From Octopus vulgaris (lineage: Eukaryota): 64,000 nucleotides of DNA. The position numbers were made by a program, and so were the translations under genes. The DNA lies in assembly GCA_951406725.2 (NCBI GenBank), contig OX597817.1, positions 40,920,001 to 40,984,000 on the forward strand. Reading direction: 5' to 3'. Positions 25,237 to 38,629 of this stretch are shown piece after piece. Below the pieces are notes generated by a model, which had not been told where the DNA came from, did not search any database, and saw nothing but the letters and a program-made list of their open reading frames with translations. Numbering within the stretch: the stretch's first letter is position 1; each line of letters begins with the position of its first letter.

Positions 25237-26507
25237 GTGAAAACAATAAATTTGTCTTACTAGTTATACAATGCACTTTTGGTTGCTATCAACCAATTTC
25301 TTTTATAATGCTTTGGTTAGTCCAGGGGCCTCAGTAGAAGACATTCGCTCAAAGTACCACAGAGTGGGATTGAACCCAAAATTGATTAGGAAGCAAATTT
25401 CTTAAACACACAACCACATCTGCTATAAATAAATAAAAATACAGTGTTATACTTCGTATGTTGTATTACTTTTCAAATATAACAAATATATATTGTTGTG
25501 TTATACAGTGACTATACTCTGAATAAATGTGAAACCATCATCGTATAGTGCCATAGTTCAAAGAGTGATGGGGGAATGGGTGTTTGGAGTATAAGACATA
25601 GAAATTCTTGATGAGGCAATGATCAACATGTACAAGCACAAAGGAAACGCTCTTGGTGGAAAAGCACTTTCTGTTTATTCAAAGTAAAATTTGTTCTTCA
25701 TGATAAAATCCAATTTATTTATTCAAAGTAATATATACACTATGTATAAACAAGTTTAATATACTTTTTGAATATTCCAATTTAAATACACTGAATATAA
25801 AGATCAGTATAAAGATCCATCATGTATAAATTTAAGGTTAAACCACATTCAATATTAAATATTGAAACCAGCATAATAAAACTAAAATCCATTCATCAAA
25901 CTACAGGTATAATCCAATTTGTTCATATTATAAGTTAAAATCAAATTTAATCAAATTCAAAGTATAATTCACTTTCTACATAGAAGGGAAAAAATCACTC
26001 TCTGATCATTTAAGGAATATTCTGTTAATAATAAATAATAAATTATAATAGATAATAAATTACCCGCATATCCCTTAGAAAACCACTCTAATACTTTATA
26101 ATTTAATGTCCCTTTTTCCATGCAGGTTGAATGGTTAGGCAGGAACTGACAAGCCAGAGGGCTGTGCTGAGCTCCAATGTCTGCTTTGGCATGATTTCTG
26201 CAGCTAGATGCCTTTCCTAACACTAACCACTTTACAGAATGTATACTGGGTGCTTTCTTTCATGGCACCAGCACTGATGAGGTTACAAAGTACTCGCAAG
26301 ACAAGATCCCCCACTGAGTGGAGGGATATGAAAGTATGACAGAGGGACAGGAGCAGGTGTCTTGCTGATAAGGGGAATATGTGGCTTCCATGTTTCAAAA
26401 AAAGCAAAGATATGAGGTCAAAGTTCAAGGTGGATATGAGCAAGGTAGAAGATCTTTCCTATGGATTCATAGTCAAATCCATTATCCAAGTTTTAGCTCA
26501 ACATATT

Positions 26508-26945
26508 CTTTTTTACACTTGGCACAAGGCCCGAAATTTTGGAGGAGGAGTAGAGGGCAGTTGATTAGATCAACCCTAGTACACAAGTGGTACTTAATTT
26601 ATCGACCCCCGAAAGGATGAAAGGCAGAGTCGACCTTGGCGGAATTTGAACTCAGAACATAAAGACAGACGAAATACCACTAAGCATTTTGCCCGACATG
26701 CTAATGTTTCTTATTTTTTTATTGCCCACAAGGTACTAAACATAGAGGGGACAAACAAGGACAGACAAAGAGATTAAGTTGATTGCATCGACCCCAGTGC
26801 GTAACTAGTACTTAATTTATCACCCCCGAAAGGATGAAAGGCTAAGTTGACCTCGGCGGAATTTGAACTCAAAACATAACGGCAGATGAAATACCATTGA
26901 GCATTTCGCCTGACGTGCTAACGTTTCTGCCAGCTCGCCGCCTTA
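26508..26945 (-). mobile_element. SINE family B, compound (dimeric) copy
   Basis: Two core modules in tandem; 16-bp direct repeat TTTAGCTCAACATATT at 26492-26507 and 26946-26961. Confidence 0.85.
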
Positions 26946-27422
26946 TTTAGCTCAACATATTGAAGCTAAAATCTAATTTCCTCTCACTCAAGATAAATCC
27001 CTAAAGAACATAGATACAGTATAATATTACAGTGAATATGTTAATATGTTTATATACACTCTTTATTGAAAGTAAAACGTCTTGTTACACATTTACCTAT
27101 TTGAGGAGAAATCCACTTCCTACATATTAATAAAAAATATGTTATTTGTATCTTCAAAGTTAATTTAAATGTTTGTGTATTATAGAAAATTTGCATATTC
27201 AAGGCAAATTCTATTTTCTTCTTGAAGGTCAAATGTAAAGTTTGTGCATATTCAATGTTATTATTCAGCATATTTCAAGAATAATTTAATATTTCCAACA
27301 TGCGCAAGGAAATTTACATATTCATCTATATGCTGTAAAAATCATCTCTAAATATTGGATGTTTAGATAAGCTCATGAATTTGAAACAGCCATCTATGTA
27401 TCATACTTAAAGTATATACACT

Positions 27423-27570
27423 GTTGTTGTTGTTGGTGGTGATGGTGGTGGTGGTGGCGGCGGCGGCGGCGGCGGCGGCAGTGGTGGTGGTGGTGTTGGT
27501 GGTGGTGGTGGTGATGGTGATGGTGGTGGTGGTGGCGGCGGTGGCGGCAGTGGTGGCGGTGGTGGCAGCT
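27423..27570. repeat. (GGT/GGC)n trinucleotide microsatellite
   Basis: Directly visible. Confidence 0.95.
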
Positions 27571-28199
27571 TCAGTCAGCCCTTTTGTAGGGTCTTCAAGA
27601 TTGGTGACTAAAAGGAAGGGGCAAAAGCACAATACCTGGGTCATCCATAGTTTGGAAAACCAATGCAAATGCTTGTAGCAGAGTGAAATACCCTCAAGGC
27701 ATCTATTGGGTTGTCCGGAAAGTTTGTGCCGATTTTTAAAGAAAAGAAAAAGGTCAATAAATACTTGCCATTACATTTTTAATCAACCAAATATGAACCA
27801 TTTTGTTGCACAATGCATCTCCAGAACTGCACAGCTATGTCTGAGCCCCAGTTAATTATTCATGGTGAATAATTAACACACTAATACTTGATGTATATTC
27901 AAGGTGTCATCAACATTTATAAAATTTAAGTGAAAATGACCTCACTATACATGAGTGTGTGTGTGTGTGTGTGAGGGAGGGTGTATATATCTAAGGAGCC
28001 CAGACCATTTTGCCATGCACACATATGCACTTTTAGTTTCTGCAAACCAAATTCACTCACATGGTTTTGCTTGGCCTAAGGCTATTGTAAAAGACATTTG
28101 CCCAAGGTGCCATACAGTAGGATTGAACCCAGCACCGTATGGATGGAAAGCAAACTTACCTGCCAAGCTATGTTTGATATATTCCCGTATTCTTTTATT

Positions 28200-28749
<550 letters not shown>

Positions 28750-29490
28750 ATATATTAAGGGTAAACATGCACTCTTTGCCTGTTTAAAATATATTTCTTC
28801 CTGAATATTGTTCATAAAACCTACAAGTTGCACATTTAAGATAAATTCCTTTTTTTTTTATTTATCTACCTTTTCTTTTTTTGTATATACAAATCAACAT
28901 TTTTACATATTTAAGGAATATTCTACCTTGTATATTTCCCTGCAAGATAAAAATCCCCTTCCTGCATCCTAAAGCTAAAACTTATTTTTCATATATTCAA
29001 GGTGGTGTATGATCTATTAATCAATTATTTTGCATTTTCAAGGTAAAAATTCCCTCTTTATATTTTCACTTTAAAATATATTCATTACATTCTACTCTGA
29101 AAGAAAATCCACTGCTGTAGTTCTGAGATAATATCCATCGTCTGAAAGTTCAAAGCAACAGCAATATTCCACAAGACAATATTAACATTCAAGACATAAT
29201 CCATATTTTTGCATATTGAATATAAAATCCTCATGTAAATTCAATATTTAAGGTATAAAAAAAAATCAGTTCTCTGTTTATTCAAAGAAAACCAATTTTG
29301 TATATTCTTCTTACTGTGGCTTCTCATGGCAGTCATATTGTCTTCACATTCAAAGGTTACTTACTCTGCCATTTGCATATTCAAGGTTTAAATCCACATT
29401 CGGAATTAAAAGAATATTGAATGTAACTTAGATTCTTTGAATTTTTGAGATAAAATTTTACACTTTCCATATGACATTAAAATCCAATCT

Positions 29491-29491
<1 letters not shown>

Positions 29492-29548
<57 letters not shown>

Positions 29549-29584
29549 CATTATTATTATTATTACTACTACTACTACTACTAC

Positions 29585-29617
<33 letters not shown>
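29492..29617. repeat. (TAT/TAC)n microsatellite
   Basis: Directly visible; a (CAT)-rich tract follows at 29740-29868. Confidence 0.97.
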
Positions 29618-30489
29618 GCTTGTCATACTATGTACTTGACTGATGCACTTTCAACAACCTTTAAACTATGGAACGAAATTGAAGATATAATTGAAAATAT
29701 TAGATCCATAAAAAAAATGTGATGAACATCCATTAAGTTCATCATCATCACCACCATCATCATAAACATCATAATCATCATAAACATCATAATCATCATA
29801 AACATCATCGTCGTTGTCACCATCATCATCATCATCATCATCATCATCATTACCATCATCATCATTATCCCATCCACTTTTCCCCATGCTTGCATGGGTC
29901 AGGTGGAGTTCACTGAGGTAGATTTTCTACCGCCGAATACTCTTCTTGTCACCAACCCTCACCTGTTTCCAAGTAAGGTAATAATTTCCCCATGGCCAGA
30001 CATGTTTTTGCAGTATATTGGAAATGAATGACATTCATTTACAACAATCACATGATGTCAAGATAAGAAAACAAACTACATACCCTTCCCCCCACCCACA
30101 CACACTCACATATATTTATTTCATCGACCCCCAAAAGGATGAAAGACAAAGCCAATCACATCAGAATTTGGATTCAGAATTTGAAGATGGAAAAAATGTC
30201 AATGAGCATTTTGCCTTTTCACTTTTAAAGATAAGGCTAAATAATGCAAACAGTCTTATTAACAATATCAATAAAACATTCATGATATGAAAGGGCTGTG
30301 GACTCTGAACTTTTTTTTAAACATTTTTAAAAAGCATTCAGTGATGTTGAAGTAACACTTCTTTATCTTCTTTATTTCTTGCTGTTCAGGACAATTCAGA
30401 GATAAATTCAGACATAAATTCAAGTAGAGTTCTAAGACCAGCCACAGTCTTTTCAGGTTCTTTGATGCTGTAAATTCTTATGTTGGTAC

Positions 30490-31440
30490 TCTTTTACTCT
30501 TATTTTTTTGCCTGTTATAGTAATTTTGACTGGGGCCATGCTGGAGCACCGCCTTTTAGTCGAGCAAATCGACCCCAAGACTTAGTCTTTGTAAGCCTAC
30601 TACTTATTCTATCATTCTCTTTTGCCAAACTGATAAGTTACGGAGACGTAAACACACCAGCATATTGATTGTCAAGCACAGACACATACATATATATATA
30701 TATATAAGTGAGAATCGAATCGAATCAAATCAAATCAAATCAAACCAAATCAAAATAGATGAACATCAATGGAATTTGTATACTTGTGGTACCAGTGCCG
30801 GTGGCACATAAGAAAACCATCCGAACGTGACCGTAGCCAGTACCGCAACGACTGGCCTCCGTGCTGAGGGCACGTAACAAACACCATCTGAGCGTGGCCG
30901 TCCGCCAGCCTCGTCTGGCACCTGTGTCGGTGACACATAAGAAAACACCATCCGAGCGTGGCCGTCAGCCAGCCTCGTCTGGCACCTGTGTCGGTGGCAC
31001 ATAAAAAACACCATCCGAGCGTGGCCGTCTGCCAGCCTCGTCTGGCACCTGTGTCGGTGGCACATAAAATCACCCACTACACTCTCGGAGTGGTTGGCGT
31101 TAGGAAGGGCATCCAGCTGTAGAAACACTGCCAGATCTGACTGGCCTGGTGCAGCCTTCGGGCTTGCCAGACCCCAGTTGAACCGTCCAACCCATGCTAG
31201 CATGGAAAGCGGACGTTAAACGATGATGATGATGATGATGATATATATATATATATATATACATACATACATACATACATACATACAACAGGCTTCTTTC
31301 AGTTTCCGTCTACCAAATCCACTCACAAGGCTTTGGTTGGCCCGAGGCTATAGTAAAAGACACTTGCCCAAGGTGCCATGCAGTGGGACTGAACCTGGAA
31401 CCACGTGGTTCGTAAGCAAGCTACTTACCACACTGCCACA
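30490..31440 (-). mobile_element. SINE family A interrupted by an RTE 3' fragment (30707-31240)
   Basis: SINE halves at 30490-30706 and 31241-31440 are separated at the (TA)n tract. Confidence 0.82.
30707..31240 (+). mobile_element. RTE LINE 3' end (family C), young CpG-rich copy with three ~65-bp tandem units
   Basis: accatccgagcgtggccgtc...ggcacctgtgtcggtggcacataa repeated three times; ends aaacgatgatgatg. Confidence 0.85.
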
Positions 31441-31941
31441 TCAATGTTATTATGAAATTACATATAAAAGACTTTAGTTTTAAATATTTCAGTATGTTGA
31501 ATTTGTGAAGATAAATAAATATTGTCTAGTTTTTCTTTGAACAGATATTTTCAATTATTTTAAAATCTCAAAAGGATTCTGTTGCAATAATATTTCTTTT
31601 ATTGATATGGATTATAACTTTTTATTATAATCCTTTAAAATATATAAGAATTTAGTATCAGATTTCAGAGGACATTAGCTACAAATTAAATTGATATAAA
31701 AATATTGATTGATTTTATCCATTTTTTTGTATAACTATTTCAAAGTGCAAGACATGTACTGAATTATAAATTGAAAACGAAAATATGGAGGCACAATGGC
31801 CCAGTGGTAAGGGCAGCGGACTCACGGTTGTAAGAACATGGTTTCAATTCCCAGACCAGGCATTGTGAGTGTTTATTGAGCCAAAACACCTAAGCTCCAC
31901 GAGGCTCCAGCGGAGTGGGGTGAACCCCGCTGTACTCTTTA

Positions 31942-32375
31942 GTAGGCGTAGGAGTGGCTGTGTGGTAAGTAGCTTGCTTACCAACCACATGGTTCCAGGT
32001 TCAGTCCCACTGCGTGGCTTCTTGGGCAAATGTTTTCTACTATAGCCTTGGGCTGACCAAAGCCTTGTGAGTGGATTTGGTAGACAGAAGCTGAAAGAAG
32101 CCCGTCGTGTATATGTATGTGTGTATGTATGTATGTATGTATGTATGTATGTATGTGTGTGTGTGTGTTTGCATGTCTGTGTTTGTTCCCCCAACATCGC
32201 TTGACAACCGATGCTGGTGTGTTTACGTCCCCATAACTTAGCGGTTCAGCAAAAGAGACCGATAGAATAAGTATTAGGCTTACAAAAAATAAGTCTTAGG
32301 GTCGATTTCTCGACTAAAGGCAGTGCTCCAGCATGGCCACAGTCACATGACTGAAACAAGTAAAAGAGTAAAAGA
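31942..32375 (+). mobile_element. SINE family A, full-length copy
   Basis: tRNA-like A/B-box head, internal (TATG)n and a gtaaaaga repeat tail. Confidence 0.88.
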
Positions 32376-35090
32376 GGCCTCAAGTCAAAATAGTGGGGAC
32401 AGTACCCCATGGCACTTTGCAGAGACCTGCTGTAAATACTTGTAACGAGATGAAGCAGTGGTATTGAAATGGATAACAGCTTAAATCTACACCCAACGAC
32501 ATAAATGTTTCCTAAGGTTTTTCTTCCACAGTTTCCCCCTCTATCAAACTACATTCGTAAAGTTTTGGTCAACCTGATTCTATGGAAGAAGACAATTGCT
32601 GAAGCTGATTGCTTGTTTTTTTTTTGGTGTCTTGAAATGGAAAAAATACTGATCCACAATTTTGTCTTGTGGGTGGGGTGGGGGTGGGGGTGTATGTGTG
32701 TAGAGGGTGGAATGGGTTTTGAAAAATATACGGAATGTAAAATCCAGTGTGATGAGAATTATGCTAATTTCTATTTCTATTTGTTGTTTTCTAACTAAAC
32801 AAATATTTCTTTTCAGTGAGGGAAGGGGCATTTTTTTTGTCCATGAATCAAAACCTATTAATGGGAAAATGTCAATGCAGGAATTGGTGAAATCAGGTAA
32901 AAGTTAATGAACTCTTGTGTCTTTTCTTTTAATTCATTTAATTTTTATGTTGTAAAGAAAATGCTCTTACAGAATGGCAAAAGTGTGAACAAAATTTGTA
33001 ATATGAGGGGGTGGGGAGACATTAAATAAATGGTAAGTATGATTTTGTTACTTTTTGTGCCGTATAGAAAAGGGAAGGATTTTACAGAATGGCAAAAGTG
33101 TTAACAGAAAATTACAAAAAAGAAACATGATAAATAATTTTTTAAAAATCATTTTAATCTTGAAAGCTACAACAAAGAAGGGTGGGGTTCAAATTTTTTT
33201 CTTAATGTGAATTACAAGTATTTCAGAATGTCAAATATAAAATGATAGAAAATTACAAAAAAGAAAAATTTGTTTTAAATGTGGCAGCTACAGCAAAGGT
33301 TTGTTAAAGTGGAGCTGGTGATGGGAGACATTTGAAAAACATGGATTTTTAAATAATTAAAAAAAGTGATTTACTAGTGTATTGCAATGTAGGATACTAT
33401 AAAATGTCAAAAAATCCTAACCCCTTCTCCCTCTCCCGAAAAGAAATTCCATTTTATATGTGACAGCTACTCTGAAAATCTGCTGCCTCTGTTATATGCT
33501 GCCTTAGTAACTTTGGATTCTTTTGACTTTGAAGATCATTGGAAACCTGGTGAAAAAAATAGATAAATTTAAAAAACTGGCACTCTTTGCATCATGAAAA
33601 TTAAAAAATAAAACAATTTTTAAAGCTAAAGATTTGGAAAGATATAAAATAAAATATTGCTTATCTTGTTTTAATACTCATGCTTGTGTTTAACAAGATT
33701 ATGAATAAACATTTATTTTTTTAAATACTCAAGCATTAGAATGGCTTTTCCAAAGCTTTCAGTTATTTTTAGAAATCTGATGTCCTACTGCCTTAAATAT
33801 AAGAATGACACACTGGTGCCATGTTAAAAGCACCCAATACACTCTGTAAAATGGTTGGCATTAGGAAGGGCCTCTAGCCATAGAAACCATGCCAAAATGA
33901 ACAAAATGGAACCCAGGTAGCTCTCTAGCTGGCCAGCTCATCAAACCATCCAACCCATGCCAGCATGGAAAACAAACATTAAATGATGAGGATGACACTG
34001 ATATGATGGATGATAAAGTGTTTGGTACCTGGGCTCAAACATATTTGCTCCTGTGTCTGCTAGATCAAGTCTGATCTGAGACTAAACAACCCAAGAGAGA
34101 TCTTTTATGTGGTCTCCTGACTTGCTATAAATAACAACAAAATCTTCTCAAATCATAACCATAATGTTTCAAGAAAAGAGAGCAGTGAATGAATATTGTA
34201 ATCAGATACATAATGCCTTAGAGAACTGGAAGGTCATATTTGGAAGGTCTTTGGTCAAAGGTGGCCCAGAAATAGTTGGATTGGGTTTGTACAACAGTAA
34301 TAGGTTTTCAAGTGAATGGATGATTCTTTACATGGTTAGTCAACCTATAAGAGAGAGCTGCCTAATCTCTCTGGAAGGTGGAAGAGCTTGAAAACCACGT
34401 GACTCATGGTGACATCTTTTGTGGTTTAGACGATGATCTTGCCGTAGTTGCAAAAGCCATACAGTTTGGAAAATGACTGATTTTCTGTAAGCATTGTATG
34501 TCTTGTTTTGGCACTGATTGGTCTTTTGGTGCCTTACTCAGGCATTCCCATTCCAATTTCTCCCACCTGTTCTCCTATGACTTCTATTATATCCATGATC
34601 TTAGACTCCACCACAAACCACTGTATCCATTCCTTCTCCCATCCCCAGGTATGTTTCTTCAAAAGGTCCCCATACATCAATTCCAGACACATCTTTCTAA
34701 CCATGCTTTTTCAGCAGTATTGCCACTTCCCTCAGGTTTTTGTCTATTTGAAGAAGTTCAGGTCCTTTGGAATTCTTATTCCCTGAACATGTTTCCTGCA
34801 CCTGGACACCTGCACCTGTTCAAGAGGAATGTTGACTGTGTTGATAATATCAGTCTCAAAGATCTTGTATATATTGTGGACACAGTCCCTGCATCAGAAG
34901 CTCTTCCATGGGCTGAAACCATATCTGTTACATTCTGTGTCACTAATTAAAAAGTTAGCTTCCCAACCACATGGTTCTGGGTTCAGTCCTACTGTCTGAC
35001 ACCTTGGTTAAGTATCTTTTATTACAGCCTACAGTTAATCAAAGCCTAATGAGTGGATTTGGTAAATGGAAACTGAAAGAAGCCCATTGA

Positions 35091-35149
<59 letters not shown>

Positions 35150-35152
<3 letters not shown>

Positions 35153-35790
35153 TCATCATCAGCCACTTTGCCTCCATGAGGCCCAACACTTGGAAGGAAC
35201 TCAGCCACTTTGCCTTCAGGAGCCCCAACACTCAAAAGGTGTTCTTTACATGCCACTGGCATGGGTGCCAGCTATGTGACACCAGCATCAGCCATGTCTA
35301 CAATTTCACTTAACTTGAAGGGTCTTTTCAAGCACAGCATACCACCAAAGGTCTCAGTCACTAGTCATTACCTCTGTGAGGCTCAAAAGTCAAAGATCAT
35401 GCTTCACCACCTTGTCCTATGTCTTCCTGGGTCTACCTCTACTGCATGTTCCCTCCACAGTTAGAGATTGGCACTTCTTTACATAGCTGTCCTCATCCAT
35501 ACACACCACATGACCATACCAGTGCAATCTCTCTCTGACACACCACATCATATTCCTCTTATGCCTAACTTTTTTCTCAAGATGCTTACACTCTGTCAAA
35601 CATGCACACTAACATTGCACATCCAGTGAAGCACACTAGCTTCATTCCTTTCAAGCCTACACATGTCCTTGGCTGTCACAGCCCATGTTTCACTACCATA
35701 TAGCATAGCTGTTCATACACAGGCATCATACAATCTGCCTTTCTTTCTGAGAGAGAGAGACCCATAGTTGCCAGCAGAGGTTGGAGCTCT
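35150..35790 (-). mobile_element. 5'-truncated RTE-clade LINE (decayed ORF C-terminus and 3' UTR)
   Basis: Minus-strand translation gives MLYGSETWAVTAKDMCRLERNE...RLHWYGHVVCMDEDSYVKKC...RGRPRKT, typical of RTE C-termini; (GAT)n tail. Confidence 0.85.
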
Positions 35791-36442
35791 CATATATACA
35801 TATAATAAATAAATGCGCCCCTTTAAAGCCTAGCCAAGCTCATGGGCCCGGTTTCCCAGTTTCAATGGCATATGTGTTCCCAAGCTGGACAGGATGCAAG
35901 TCCATCGCAGCGTTCCTCATTTTTGCCGGCTGAGTGGACTGGAGCAACGTGAAATGAAGTGTTTTACTCAAGAACGCAACACGTCGCTCAGTCCAGGAAC
36001 CGAAACCGCAATCTTACAATCACGATACTGACACCCTAACCACTAAGCCATGTGCATCCACCATATATACATATACTAAAATAATAATTATATATATTAA
36101 TCATATAATTATATAAGGGAACAGAAAAAAAACCCTGCTCCAACATGTTTTAAGAATACACCTAAAAACGTTATAAAACCGTCTTTAGCTCCTGCATCTT
36201 GGCCTCTTGGTATTTACATGATTTTATCCTTGTTATGTGTGTGTGTGTGTGTGTGTGTGTTCTCCACCATTGCTTCACAACTGGTGTTGGTTTGTGTACA
36301 TACAACTTAGCAGTTCAGCAAAATAGACCAGCTTAAAAAAAAATTACTGGGGTTGATTCACTCAACCAAAACTCTTGAAGGCAGTACTAGCATGGCCAAA
36401 ATCTAATAACTGAAGCATGTATGTATATATATATATATATAT

Positions 36443-36640
36443 AATACAAATAAGAAAATGGAGAAACAAATTTGGTTTGTTCATCGTATCTGTATTATTA
36501 TCTTATCTACTGTTTTATATAATATTTTTGCATGCCTTTGATGTTCTCATTTGTAAAATGAATAAATAATCCAGCATTATAATATCCGTAAGTTGATGAA
36601 CAAACCAAATTTGTTTCTCATTTTCTTATTTGTATTATAA
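36443..36640. repeat. Inverted repeat, ~45-bp arms
   Basis: taatacaaataagaaaatggagaaacaaatttggtttgttcatc versus gatgaacaaaccaaatttgtttctcattttcttatttgtatta. Confidence 0.85.
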
Positions 36641-36885
36641 ATTTACAGTAAAAATATTTCTTTACCTTCACCCGTTTAATATAATAAATGACTTAATTGC
36701 ATTGCAGTTAAAAACATTTATGTATTAAGAATTTGGGTACTTTCATCATCATCATCATCATCATCATCGTTTAGCATCCGTTTTCCATGCTAGCATGGGT
36801 TGGACGGTTACCAACAGTATATTGGATAAATGATATCCCATAGTGGGTTTCACCCATAACCCCTATCTTACTTTGTATATATATA

Positions 36886-37280
36886 CTAGCAGTATCGCCC
36901 GGCGTTGCTCGGGTTTGTAAGGGAAATAACTATATAAGCATTTTTAGAGATGTAAAGTATAATAGCCATCTCAATATGGCTAACCACAAAGGGGGGTGTT
37001 ACTGTAGCTTTATACGTTCTGAGATTTAATAATACATTTTTGGAGAGTTACTTCTCTTATATATGCCAAAAATGCATTAAAAATGGGAAAAAATTATGGT
37101 AAATTTTTTTTTAAATCGTAGACTCATCGTAGATGTGCGCTAATACCCAGAAGGGCTCGATATGAATCACAACTATAAGATACCCACTTTTGGTTAAACT
37201 GCACCGCAAAATGTGGGAGTAGTTAGGAATCTAAATCGTTGGAGACAGACACCACACAACCTCACTTTTATATATATATA
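36886..37280 (-). mobile_element. Non-autonomous Helitron
   Basis: Same CTAG/hairpin 3' end and shared 5' module as the copies at 39608 and 44487; flanked by (TA)n. Confidence 0.82.
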
Positions 37281-37976
37281 TTCTTAAACAAGAATGTTGT
37301 TGACAGTGACTTTGAAGTTTCAACCAGTTAAGCCATTGTTGGACTGCAGTCTGTTGAAGTTTATCTTGGCTTTATATAATCTTGGTTGTGTGAAAATCTT
37401 CCTTGGGTATGGGGGTTTGAGTGGAGTGGTAATTAGGTTGTAGGATGGGTTGTGGTAGAGAGGTATTGTGGAGAAGTTAAGGCGGTGGGCTGGCAGAAAC
37501 GTTAGCACACTGGGCAAAATGCTTAGCGGTATTTCATCTGCCGCTATGTTCTGAGTTCAAATTCCGCTGAGGTCAACTTTGCCTTTCATCCTTTCTGGTC
37601 GATTAAATAAGTACCTGTTACACACTGGGGTCAATGTAATCGACTTAATCCGTTTGTCTGTCCTTGATTGTCCTCTCTGTGTTTAGCCCCTTGTGGGTAG
37701 TAAAGAAATAGGTATTGTGGAGAAGTTTTTATTGATTAAATTTATAGTTGTGTTATTGTTTAGAATTCATTCATGTATGTAGAACTTTGTAAGCAGGTGT
37801 GCACAATCTACTTCTGAAAGCCATAAATGGAAGCTGTGTAGTAGTTACCGATCAGGGCTCCTGTCCACGCCTGTAGATATGGAGCTGACAAGTTTACAAA
37901 TTTACTACTCCTTGTGTGCAACACCAAACACCGCTCGCCACTGGGCACTTAAAATTTTAAATTGAAATTGAAATAT

Positions 37977-38381
37977 AAGGAGTGGCTGTGTGGTAAGTAG
38001 CATGCTTACGAACCACATGGTTACAGGTTCAGTCCCACCTCATGGCACCTTGGGCAAGTGTCTTCTACTATAGCCTCAGGCCAACCAAAGCCTTGTGAGT
38101 GGATTTGGTAGATGGAAACTGAAAGAAGTCCATCATATATGTGTGTGTGTGTGTGTGTGTGTATGTGTGTGTGTGTATATGTTTGTGTGTCTGTGTTTGT
38201 TCCCCCCAACATCGCTTGACAACCGATGCTGGTATGTTTAAGTCCCCGTAACTTAGCGGTTCAGCAAAAAGAGACCGATAGAATAAGTACTAGGCTTACA
38301 AAGAATAAGCCCTGGAGTCGATTTACTCGATTAAAGGCGGTGCTCCAGCATGGCCACAGTCAAATGACTGAAATAAGTAAA
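37977..38381 (+). mobile_element. SINE family A
   Basis: Matches the other copies in the window. Confidence 0.86.
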
Positions 38382-38629
38382 GTATGTTATGAAGTTAATG
38401 CTTTTATTGGTAAGAATCTCTAGGTAGTCTTTTGACATGCTAGAAATAGCAACCAAATGTCCCTCACTGTATCTCAGAAATGATATATTGGATAATGGAT
38501 ACAGTTAAATTTTCTGGATATACAAACAGATGTAATGGTCATGAGTGGAATGCCTACTGCTCTTTTTAATCAGGGCTCGCTTGAGGGCTAAACTACATTT
38601 ACTTACTTGATTTTTTTTTTTTTTAAGAA

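Noticed and set aside
27363-27678. Poly-Thr/Ala and poly-Val/Ala ORFs
   Set aside because: Produced by a trinucleotide microsatellite, with no supporting exon structure.
34400-34950. 150-aa ORF and overlapping ORFs
   Set aside because: No recognisable domain, and the opposite strand has stops. Probably a decayed TE remnant that I cannot classify.
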